From NCBI RefSeq assembly GCF_006364715.1, contig NZ_CP040984.1, positions 421,446-453,445 of the forward strand: 32,000 bases of DNA. Reading direction: 5' to 3'. The position numbers and the translations under genes are program-made. This document shows positions 8,070 through 15,480 of this stretch, piece by piece. Each line of letters opens with the position of its first letter. The stretch's first letter is position 1. The stretch is from Candidatus Methylopumilus planktonicus (GTDB lineage: Bacteria > Pseudomonadota > Gammaproteobacteria > Burkholderiales > Methylophilaceae). Below the pieces are notes generated by a model. It saw nothing but the letters and a program-made list of their open reading frames with translations, had not been told where the DNA came from and did no database searches.

Positions 8070-8388
8070 GCATCCTTTATTGACGAGTGCTTGTGAATAT
8101 ATAGAAATAAATCTTCATCTTAAGATTTCGATGTTAGATCTCAAGCGCCATACCAATTATTCCGAACGATCTTTACAGTTAATATTTAAAAAATACTTAA
8201 ATAAAAGTCCATTTGAATATATTGAAGAGCAAAGATTGTTAAAGGCTCACGAATTGATTAAGCAGCATAAACAATCAAAGAAAACTACTCACATTGCTAC
8301 AGAAGTAGGATTTAGACATTTAGGAAGATTCTCTGTGAACTTCAAAAAAAGGTTTGGCATTCATCCTTCAGTTTTAGCTCGATCTTAA
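8059..8388 (+). CDS. stand-alone AraC/XylS-type HTH regulator (SoxS/MarA-sized), paralog 1
   Basis: 109 aa containing only the AraC double-HTH region (LQLIFKKYLNKSPFEYIEEQRLLKAHELI...GFRHLGRFSVNFKKRFGIHPS). Confidence 0.8.
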   Translation: MDNKHPLLTSACEYIEINLHLKISMLDLKRHTNYSERSLQLIFKKYLNKSPFEYIEEQRLLKAHELIKQHKQSKKTTHIATEVGFRHLGRFSVNFKKRFGIHPSVLARS

Positions 8389-8400
8389 CTTAGAGATCAC

Positions 8401-8417
8401 CGTCAAAAATTTTGACG
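8401..8417. repeat. perfect palindrome CGTCAAAA-A-TTTTGACG at the cassette 3' boundary
   Basis: 8-bp arms. Related copies occur at 18528-18544 (degenerate) and 22705-22719, each just after a stop codon. Confidence 0.6.
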
Positions 8418-8420
8418 TTC

Positions 8421-8440
8421 GGTGTGCTTAGGTGTGCTTG
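8421..8440. repeat. tandem GGTGTGCTT x2, candidate arm-type integrase binding sites
   Basis: GGTGTGCTTAGGTGTGCTTG lies about 40-55 nt from tRNA-like relic copy 2. The same GTGYGC motif recurs next to copy 4 and the integrase at 15413-15453. Confidence 0.4.
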
Positions 8441-8477
8441 CTGATTTCAATCGAGAAAAAACTTCTATCTCTGCCAC

Positions 8478-8650
8478 TGCCTGGGTCTACTAGGGTGAGA
8501 TCTCAGAAAATTTAACTGATCTGCGAGTCCGCTGCTTGACCAGCTGAGCTAATCCCCCAGAAAAGAACATTTTACAGTATTTGTCTGGGTTGCAGAGGGG
8601 GTAGGTCGGGGGATTTTGGTAGTGGTGGAATAGGGGTGTGCTACGAAATG
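8478..8650 (-). pseudogene. tRNA-Lys relic copy 2 with a decayed 3' half, plus a leader copy
   Basis: 8525-8558 matches tRNA positions 1-34 with 2 mismatches. On the tRNA strand, 8478-8504 reads GAGATCTCACCCTAGTAGACCCAGGCA against the tRNA's GAGTTCGACCCTCGCATCCCCCACCA (about 17/27 with one gap). 8559-8650 is a copy of the G-rich leader. Confidence 0.6.
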
Positions 8651-8665
8651 CTGGTTTTTTTTAGC

Positions 8666-9271
8666 TCAAATTTCTCTAATAGCCGTGCTAATGACTTTAT
8701 AGGATGAGCGTAGCAAAAAGATTGATAGTGCTAATCCCACCACGATATCTGCCCAACCACTCTGTGTAAACCACACAATAAGTGATGCAATGATGACAGC
8801 AATATTATTTGCAATATCATTTCTTGAACATTCCCAAACAGATGACATATTAATATCTTGATCTTTGTGTTTTGTAAGCAAATACAAACAAGTTAAGTTT
8901 CCTAATAATGCTATAACACCTACAACACTCATGATTTCAAATACAGGAATCGTGTGATTGATAATATGTTGGATGACTTGAAATAAAACAAATAATGCAC
9001 CGACTAATATTAATAGTCCTTTAAATAAAGCCACTTTAGCTTTAGCTTGATTGCTCTTATAGATGACAAATAAACTTAAAGCATAAGTAATCGCATCACC
9101 TAAATCATCTAAGCTTTCTGACATCAAGCCTGTTGAATGTGACATCCAACCAGAACTAAAAACAATTAAGAACAAGAACACGTTAATCGCTAAAACGATT
9201 TTTAATGTTTTTGATTGATTTACTTTTAAGGCATCAACAGCACAGCTTTTATTTTCGCAGCAATCTGACAT
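8666..9271 (-). CDS. cation diffusion facilitator-like transporter (membrane domain only)
   Basis: 201 aa with a Cys-rich N-terminus (MSDCCENKSC), a TM2-type acidic motif SESLDDLGDA, and six hydrophobic segments. Confidence 0.6.
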   Translation of the reverse strand: MSDCCENKSCAVDALKVNQSKTLKIVLAINVFLFLIVFSSGWMSHSTGLMSESLDDLGDAITYALSLFVIYKSNQAKAKVALFKGLLILVGALFVLFQVIQHIINHTIPVFEIMSVVGVIALLGNLTCLYLLTKHKDQDINMSSVWECSRNDIANNIAVIIASLIVWFTQSGWADIVVGLALSIFLLRSSYKVISTAIREI

Positions 9272-9297
9272 TTCTTATCTTATTAAGTTGAGTTTTA

Positions 9298-9370
9298 GCT
9301 GCTCTACCAACTGAGCTAATCCCCCAGAAAAGAACATTTTACAGTAATTGTCTGGGTTGTAGGGGGTTTC
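9298..9370 (-). repeat. tRNA-Lys relic copy 3: positions 1-28 plus a truncated leader
   Basis: GCTGCTCTACCAACTGAGCTAATCCCCC has 1 mismatch to the tRNA. It is followed by AGAAAAGAACATTTTACAGTAATTGTCTGGGTTGTAGGGGG, and homology then stops. Confidence 0.75.
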
Positions 9371-9484
9371 TAATGGTGTAAATCGTATTCTAAGTTTTGT
9401 TGTGCGCAAGTGAAAGTTCAAAAACCATACACAGCGTATGGAAAAAAGTATTAGAATGATTTTAATAATTTAGAAAATACTTAA

Positions 9485-10012
9485 ATGTTTAATTGGACAA
9501 AAAACTTTTACAAAAAAGATTATTCAATACCTTTAACAATGGTTTTAGTTTTTGTTGTTTATTGGTTTGTCAAGACTGCAGTTAAGCATTCAGCCGCAAC
9601 TCCTTTCGTTTGGAGCAAAGGAATTTATGACGAAATATTTTCCATAGCGTTTGTTTTTATTTTTTTTAGAGTCGTTTTCTTAAAGACAAAATCAATACAA
9701 AAATTTATCTTCTATCAACATAGTTTTTTATGGCTTCTTACTAAAATTATTTGGTTTGTAAGTATAGTGTGGCTTTGGATTTTTCTTAGTTTTGAAATTC
9801 CAAAAATTACAACCAATATAATTTACAAAGCTACAGATTTACCTGTATATGTTATTGATCCCTGTAGTTATTGGACAGAAGAGTTGGATAGATATGCAAG
9901 TTGGACAAAGGAAGAGGAAAGTGAAGCCTTAAAATTTTGGAAAATTGATGATGTTTGGGGTTTTGATTCAAAATGCGCACCACGAGAATTTGAACGAGAT
10001 GAGCAATACTAA
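9485..10012 (+). CDS. hypothetical membrane protein
   Basis: 175 aa with three or four hydrophobic helices and an acidic C-terminal tail. No family recognised. Confidence 0.45.
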   Translation: MFNWTKNFYKKDYSIPLTMVLVFVVYWFVKTAVKHSAATPFVWSKGIYDEIFSIAFVFIFFRVVFLKTKSIQKFIFYQHSFLWLLTKIIWFVSIVWLWIFLSFEIPKITTNIIYKATDLPVYVIDPCSYWTEELDRYASWTKEEESEALKFWKIDDVWGFDSKCAPREFERDEQY

Positions 10013-10027
10013 CAAATAAAAGAATCT

Positions 10028-10426
10028 ATGTTTAATTGGCTTAAAAAAATTAGATCAAGAAAGTTGATTAAATTAGTAGTTTTAAATAATTCAGTTTTAG
10101 AAATAATAATGGATATGCAAAAAATTGGATTTGAGCAAAATTTAAAGCCTATACACGGCAATGATTTTAAAGATAGTGATGAATTTATTAAATGGTTAAA
10201 AAATCGATTTGTAATCAATCACGCTATTCTTTTAAAGTTTAAAAGAGATGGAGACATTAAAGACAAAAGCTCTGTTGATTTTATTTTAAAGTTAGATAAA
10301 GAGTTAAGGAATTGGTATCGAAAATCTTCAATTAGTATATTTCAATCATATGATGATCGATACAATAAGCCTCTAAGAGGTTGGGATGATATTTGCGAGA
10401 ATTTTTTTGATGAATTACCAAATTAA
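10028..10426 (+). CDS. hypothetical protein
   Basis: 132 aa and hydrophilic. It shares only the MFNW start with the preceding gene. No family recognised. Confidence 0.45.
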   Translation: MFNWLKKIRSRKLIKLVVLNNSVLEIIMDMQKIGFEQNLKPIHGNDFKDSDEFIKWLKNRFVINHAILLKFKRDGDIKDKSSVDFILKLDKELRNWYRKSSISIFQSYDDRYNKPLRGWDDICENFFDELPN

Positions 10427-10574
10427 ATATAGTAATTTTTCTTCACATCACATAACCAATCAAACAAATTCGTAATACCACTTTTTCAATATAAAAACCT
10501 AACGATTTTGAATCAAACAACATAATTAACAGTGTGGTCAAAAATCAAGTGCGGTTGGGAAAAAGTAGTTAGCA

Positions 10575-10754
10575 CTAAAAATTATTTGCACTTAACTTTT
10601 GTAATTGTTGCTGTATTTTTTGTTGCTTTTGTTTTTTTCTTTCAGCTTTAAGTAAATTTTGTGCATTCTTAACTTGTTTTTGCAGTGAATCAATCCGAGC
10701 CTGACTTGGAGTAAGAGGTTTTTGTGGTTTGATATTAAATTCATAAAAGCGCAT
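10575..10754 (-). CDS. hypothetical 59-aa Lys/Gln-rich protein
   Basis: Not in the ORF track. The product is MRFYEFNIKPQKPLTPSQARIDSLQKQVKNAQNLLKAERKKQKQQKIQQQLQKLSANNF. It starts 9 nt downstream of the stop of 10763..11206 on the same strand. Confidence 0.4.
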   Translation of the reverse strand: MRFYEFNIKPQKPLTPSQARIDSLQKQVKNAQNLLKAERKKQKQQKIQQQLQKLSANNF

Positions 10755-10762
10755 AACATTAT

Positions 10763-11206
10763 TTACTTTTTAAATGTGTTGCGTGTTTTTTCACTAACAC
10801 TTTCAATTGCGCTATCTAATTCACCATTAAGTACAGCATCTTTTAGTGCAATAAGCGTATCGATTAGCTCTTTTTTATCTTTAACCTCAATCGCATTGCT
10901 ACCATCCTTGTTTAGGAGGAGTGTCTTTGCCCCATACTTAATTTGTAAATTTAATTTACCGCTATCATTTACCCAATACCATTTGCGTAAACGTTTGTTA
11001 ACTTCTTTTGTATAACTTTGACCGTTTTCTTTGTTAGTATATTTTTTTTCTTTGCGCACACTATAATTACTACCATTTAATTCAGCTTTAGCTATTTCTA
11101 ATTGTTCGAATAGCTTTGTACACAACTTATTACGTTTTTGTTGTATAGGATTAATGTGTAACTGTTTTGTTGCTGTAATTAGATTTAATTTTGTAATTAA
11201 ATTCAT
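10763..11206 (-). CDS. hypothetical protein (island cargo)
   Basis: 147 aa. No catalytic motif recognised. It is divergent from 11340..11648. Confidence 0.5.
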   Translation of the reverse strand: MNLITKLNLITATKQLHINPIQQKRNKLCTKLFEQLEIAKAELNGSNYSVRKEKKYTNKENGQSYTKEVNKRLRKWYWVNDSGKLNLQIKYGAKTLLLNKDGSNAIEVKDKKELIDTLIALKDAVLNGELDSAIESVSEKTRNTFKK

Positions 11207-11339
11207 TTCATACTCCTAATGTTGTTATGTTTAGTACACATTAGTTTCTGATTTGTTAATAAAGCAAGTATTTGCCCAATCTTACCAAATAATTAGTCAC
11301 ATTTAGCCATCAATTATTATCAGTGTGCTAAATAAACAT

Positions 11340-11648
11340 ATGAATTACTACAAAGCAGACATAAAAACTAATGATTGGCTTAAATCGAATGGTATAAGTG
11401 TTAAACACTTTGCTAAAACTGATAGCCAATTACTTAAGGCTCAAAAGATAGCATTCAATTTATTAAAACATCATTTAAATTTACTAAGCACACCACAAAT
11501 TAAAACATTACGAGTGTATTGCGCACAAATGGCAAGTGATAAAAAACGAAATAAGATTACAGATAACTTTGTCTACAAAGTTCTAAATATAGGCACAAAA
11601 ATAAATCGACAACTATTTAAGGCAAATAAAGAGATAAACAACTCTTAA
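11340..11648 (+). CDS. hypothetical protein (island cargo)
   Basis: The track gives a GTG start at 11325, but the ATG at 11340 (MNYYKADIK...) is more conventional. The stop lies 2 nt before the 20-bp palindrome. Confidence 0.45.
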   Translation: MNYYKADIKTNDWLKSNGISVKHFAKTDSQLLKAQKIAFNLLKHHLNLLSTPQIKTLRVYCAQMASDKKRNKITDNFVYKVLNIGTKINRQLFKANKEINNS

Positions 11649-11650
11649 CA

Positions 11651-11670
11651 AGTATTACTTAAGTAATACT
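11651..11670. repeat. perfect 20-bp palindrome AGTATTACTTAAGTAATACT, candidate recombinase site A
   Basis: Exact inverted 10-mers. The same sequence recurs at 12873-12892 in 19/20 positions. Confidence 0.75.
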
Positions 11671-12268
11671 TTAACAAAGTGTAAAAACCCAATTTGTAAT
11701 ATGACGGCTAATGAGATTGGACTTGTATACAGTTGCTGAAAAAGCTGTATATGAATAAGGTGACCGCAGATTTGACTATGGTATGAGTAGTTTGGAAGTT
11801 TTAACACATCCGTCTTCCGTAAAATCATTTTTCAGTCGTGTACTTGCTAAACAAATACACATAACGATAGCTATGTTGCTTTTTTAAACAAAGCACATAG
11901 CCGTCGTATACCTCAAAACAAATCAAAAAAAACTAAAAAAAAATTGTGCTGAGCGATAAGCGATAGCACAAGCGAACTTTAGTTCGCTATTAATGTGTAT
12001 CTGTAATTCATATTAAGGTGCTTTAAACACATAATTTGAATTTAACTGTAAGTGCGCCCCAAATTATTCAATTAAGCGTTGTAGGGCTATGTAATTGTTG
12101 TATAAAAGCCACATAAATATAAAAAGACTAAAGATTATTGTGAAATTCTTTAGTCTTTAATGTAAGTCTTTGATTTTTGGCATATCACCCCAAACATTTC
12201 AGTCGATAGGAAAATTTTTGTAAAGAATACAAACTTATACACATATTTTATTATGTGAGGAGTTAAAA

Positions 12269-12835
12269 ATGGCACAAGCAAAATCGTTAACGCAATATGA
12301 AATCGATCAAGTACTTCGTTATGTATCAACTACACGTTATCACAAACGCAATCGTGCAATTGTGCTTACAAGTTTTTGGAGTGGTATGAGGGTGGGTGAA
12401 ATTGCTAATCTAAAAATAAGTGATATACGAAACGAAGATGGAAGTGTTAAAAGTGAAATAAGATTAACTTCAGCCCAAACAAAAGGAAAGTTTGGGCGTA
12501 CGGTGTATGTAAATGAGAAATTGCGCAGTGAATTAACTAATTATTTGGTTGGTTACAAACTGATTGAACCAAGTGCACCATTATTTAAAACAGAAAAAAA
12601 CAAAGCGTTCAGCCCAAACACTTTAACGCAATGGTTTTTTTGGATGTATAAAAAAGCTGCGGTGAGTGGGGCAAGTAGTCATAGTGGACGCCGTACTTTT
12701 ATTACTACATTGGCTCAGAAGGGGGTAGGGGTGCGGGTTTTAGCCAAGCTAGCTGGGCACCGCTCTATATCCATTACACAGGTCTATATTGATGTAAACG
12801 CTGATATGATGCGTAAAGCAGCGGAGCTCATATAA
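12269..12835 (+). CDS. small catalytic-domain-only tyrosine recombinase (FimB/FimE-sized)
   Basis: 188 aa. Arg-I context is GMRVGEIANLKISDI, H-x-x-R is in HSGRRTF, and H...Y is in GHRSISITQVY. An SD (GAGGAG) lies 7 nt upstream. Confidence 0.85.
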   Translation: MAQAKSLTQYEIDQVLRYVSTTRYHKRNRAIVLTSFWSGMRVGEIANLKISDIRNEDGSVKSEIRLTSAQTKGKFGRTVYVNEKLRSELTNYLVGYKLIEPSAPLFKTEKNKAFSPNTLTQWFFWMYKKAAVSGASSHSGRRTFITTLAQKGVGVRVLAKLAGHRSISITQVYIDVNADMMRKAAELI

Positions 12836-12853
12836 AAAAGTCATACTTCTACA

Positions 12854-12936
12854 AGTATTACCTAAAAATATCAGTATTACTTAAGTAATACCTCTTTTAG
12901 TGATCTTAATAAGTAATACTTAATTTAGTATTACTT
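12854..12936. repeat. cluster of AGTATTACTT arms: half-site, 19/20 palindrome (site B), and a 10-6-10 inverted pair (site C)
   Basis: AGTATTACCT at 12854-12863; AGTATTACTTAAGTAATACC at 12873-12892; AAGTAATACT-TAATTT-AGTATTACTT at 12911-12936. Confidence 0.75.
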
Positions 12937-14100
12937 TTTACTTTTTGATTTCAACTTTTTTTTAGCCGCAGATCGCTCTCCTCTGCTGTTATATATGAAA
13001 TTTTGAAAATCTAACTCATCTTCAAATCTTGCCGCCTGTTGCTTGTCAGCCCTCAATTGGTGGGCTTTCAGAGCCTCTTCTTCCCCAGCCTCTTGTAGTC
13101 TATGTTGTAGCTCTTCGGCCCAAATTTTCTCTTCTTTTTCTCTGATTTCATTTTCGAAGTGATCAACTTTACTAACAATAAATTTGGCAAATCGGTTTAC
13201 TATCAACTCATCTAATTCAAGATTTGGGGGGAGAATTGCATTGATGTGTAAATCTGCGTAATCACTTTCTCTGTCAAATTTTCTTACTCCTGTCCCCAAC
13301 ATTACACACATTGAATTATTTTGACTGAGATAGTTTTGTAAATGACGTGCAAGCATTGTTGTAGTTGCAAATGGTTTAACTTCTCGTATTTCTAAATATT
13401 TCATAATTACAATACGAGCCCGAGCCAATCTTTCCTTATATGTTTCAGCTTGCTGTAATTCAAGTTGGCTGAGTTGCACTGCTCCAGTAATTGTTATCTC
13501 ACTAATCCATTTAGTAAAATCCTCAATTTTAATATCAGAATGTTTTGCAACTTGTAATACAGAGCCGTATTTAAAAATTTGAGCTGTACCTATATCACCA
13601 AATATAAATCTAATAATTAGTGATGCGTCAGGTGTATTAGATTGTACTTTGACGTTATGTTCTTTAAACAGCTCTCTTATTTTTGCGTATAAAAAATCAC
13701 CATTCTCAGCATTTTCTGCTTCAATAAAAATTGAATAAGCTTCACTAATAGCTTGATATCTTTGTTTTCTAAATGCTTCTTTAGCAATATTGTATTTTTT
13801 TCGAACAGCAATGATTCTTTTTAACCAATCATTTACTTGCTGTTCTTGTAGCTTCATTTTATTTTCCCACTCCGCTAATCTTTGTTTTGATGTGTCATTA
13901 AGAATAATCGGATTTGCTTCACGCTCTTTGCGCATCTGTTCTGATGCTTTACGAATTGTTTCAAAACGTTCTAATATGTCTGGGGGGAGCGTTGATTTTA
14001 ATTTTGCTAAATTAGATTTAGCATTAGCTGTTCGTGTTTGTTTTTTTTGTGGGAGTTTAGATTTATTATTTGCTTTCTTTATCGCCATAATGTAGTCCAT
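12931..14100 (-). CDS. hypothetical coiled-coil protein adjacent to the integrase
   Basis: 389 aa with Lys/Glu-rich predicted coiled-coil N- and C-terminal regions around a central globular part. No motif recognised. Its stop codon lies inside recombinase site C. Confidence 0.55.
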   Translation of the reverse strand: MDYIMAIKKANNKSKLPQKKQTRTANAKSNLAKLKSTLPPDILERFETIRKASEQMRKEREANPIILNDTSKQRLAEWENKMKLQEQQVNDWLKRIIAVRKKYNIAKEAFRKQRYQAISEAYSIFIEAENAENGDFLYAKIRELFKEHNVKVQSNTPDASLIIRFIFGDIGTAQIFKYGSVLQVAKHSDIKIEDFTKWISEITITGAVQLSQLELQQAETYKERLARARIVIMKYLEIREVKPFATTTMLARHLQNYLSQNNSMCVMLGTGVRKFDRESDYADLHINAILPPNLELDELIVNRFAKFIVSKVDHFENEIREKEEKIWAEELQHRLQEAGEEEALKAHQLRADKQQAARFEDELDFQNFIYNSRGERSAAKKKLKSKSKK

Positions 14101-14134
14101 TTATAGTTGATAAAGAAACTTTAGCATAGGTAAA

Positions 14135-15373
14135 TTAACTTTCAATTAGTTTTCGAGTTGCTAATCCACTTAATTGTTCAATTGCTTTTACAGCATCTAA
14201 GTGACTGTAATGTTTTTCAATCATTACAACTGATGTTCCCATTTGTTTTGCTAACGTGTGTATGTTTACGTTGTCATACGTCAATGCAAACGTAGCATAA
14301 GTGTGTCGTATGCTGTAAAACGAACGTGGTTTAAGTGTAATAGGGCAAATAAGCAACTTCATTTCTTTTAAATAACCAATAAACATTCTAAAAAAACTAC
14401 TTGGCTTAACCATTTTAGGTATTTGATTTAATTTTCCATTACGTTTACTGCAAAATTCTATATATCGAAAGATGTAATCTTGTTTATTTGCATTTAGTAT
14501 ATCTTCTAACGACATATTAAAATTACGTTCTGCAATTCTACGCAGAGCTTGTATTGTTGGCTCACGAGCGATTGCACGACGTTCGCCTGTTTTACTTTTC
14601 TGTATGTTAAAAATTAAATTGTGTTCGTTAGCAAATTTAATATTGCTCCATTTCAATTCAAACAACTCACGTCCAGGACGTGCACCTGTGTCTAATAAAA
14701 TAATCACATAGTCTTTTAATAGATAACGTAGTTGCATACTGTGTGTTTTTGCTTTTTGTATCCAACTATCAAATCCACTCATCATCTTTTTAATTTCTTC
14801 TAAACTAAACTCGACACGACGTTCACACTTTGCACCTTTTGCAACTAACACAGGACGCTGTGCTTCAGTCATATAGCCGTGCAATACAGCTTCATCAAAT
14901 ACACGTTTAAGCGCAGCATTGTGATTTAGTATAGTGCTCCGTTTAGGAACTTTACCCATTTTTTTAATACGAAACTTTTCTAACAACTCTAATTCTTTTA
15001 ATTTAATTTGTTCGACTGACAAGTTGCCAAGCACGGGAGTTAGATAACTTCTAATTATCATTGAGTAATCTTTGTAAATTGCTTTACCTTCATTCTGTGC
15101 AATTTCATTTTCAATTCTTTGCATTGCTAATTTTGCAACATCCTTAAATTTTTTTGACACAGGAGCGATGTTTAATTTATCTCGCACGTGTGCTTCAATT
15201 AAAATCATATTCGCACTTTGTATTGCACTTTCTAATGTGTATTCATTTGTCGAGCAACGTATCCACTCATCTTTAATTTTGTATCGACATTGCCACTTGT
15301 CACTGTTCGCTCGCTTAAACACAATTAGTTTGCGTTTAATTACTTCGTGTGTAGTTTCTATACGCTCTCTCAT
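14135..15373 (-). CDS. tyrosine-type site-specific integrase
   Basis: 412 aa. The Arg-I context is TGARPGRELFELKWSNI, with IRHTYATFAL and a C-terminal IEKHYSHL (catalytic Tyr). It lies next to a tRNA-like relic. Confidence 0.88.
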   Translation of the reverse strand: MRERIETTHEVIKRKLIVFKRANSDKWQCRYKIKDEWIRCSTNEYTLESAIQSANMILIEAHVRDKLNIAPVSKKFKDVAKLAMQRIENEIAQNEGKAIYKDYSMIIRSYLTPVLGNLSVEQIKLKELELLEKFRIKKMGKVPKRSTILNHNAALKRVFDEAVLHGYMTEAQRPVLVAKGAKCERRVEFSLEEIKKMMSGFDSWIQKAKTHSMQLRYLLKDYVIILLDTGARPGRELFELKWSNIKFANEHNLIFNIQKSKTGERRAIAREPTIQALRRIAERNFNMSLEDILNANKQDYIFRYIEFCSKRNGKLNQIPKMVKPSSFFRMFIGYLKEMKLLICPITLKPRSFYSIRHTYATFALTYDNVNIHTLAKQMGTSVVMIEKHYSHLDAVKAIEQLSGLATRKLIES

Positions 15374-15412
15374 TGCAAAAGCGTAATTTCATAACACACA
15401 AAGAGCAATCAA

Positions 15413-15453
15413 AAGTGCGCATAAGGTGTGCAAGTTAAAAAAGTGTGCGATTG
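15413..15453. repeat. three direct GTGYGC(R)A repeats between int and relic copy 4, candidate arm-type sites
   Basis: AAGTGCGCA, AGGTGTGCA and AAGTGTGCGA fall within 41 nt. The motif is shared with 8421-8440. Confidence 0.45.
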
Positions 15454-15480
15454 AAAAGTAGTGATGCCATAGAAACAGCG

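Noticed and set aside
9437-9460. The hairpin CCATAC-ACAGC-GTATGG with a T-run on the minus strand, resembling a terminator.
   Set aside because: No minus-strand gene lies upstream of it, since the adjacent gene 9485..10012 is on the plus strand. It is possibly a relic and is not called.
10722-11015. Plus-strand ORF antisense to 10763..11206. The same applies to 13790..14095, 15168..15386, 15409..15672, 18995..19360, 19303..19524, 21832..22080, 24754..25322, 25908..26126, 30143..30364 and the short antisense ORFs inside pheT, ihfA, the Gate-domain gene and the oxidoreductase.
   Set aside because: Each lies inside or opposite a longer ORF that has recognisable motifs or better start context. 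Their translations are low-complexity and none has a convincing SD.
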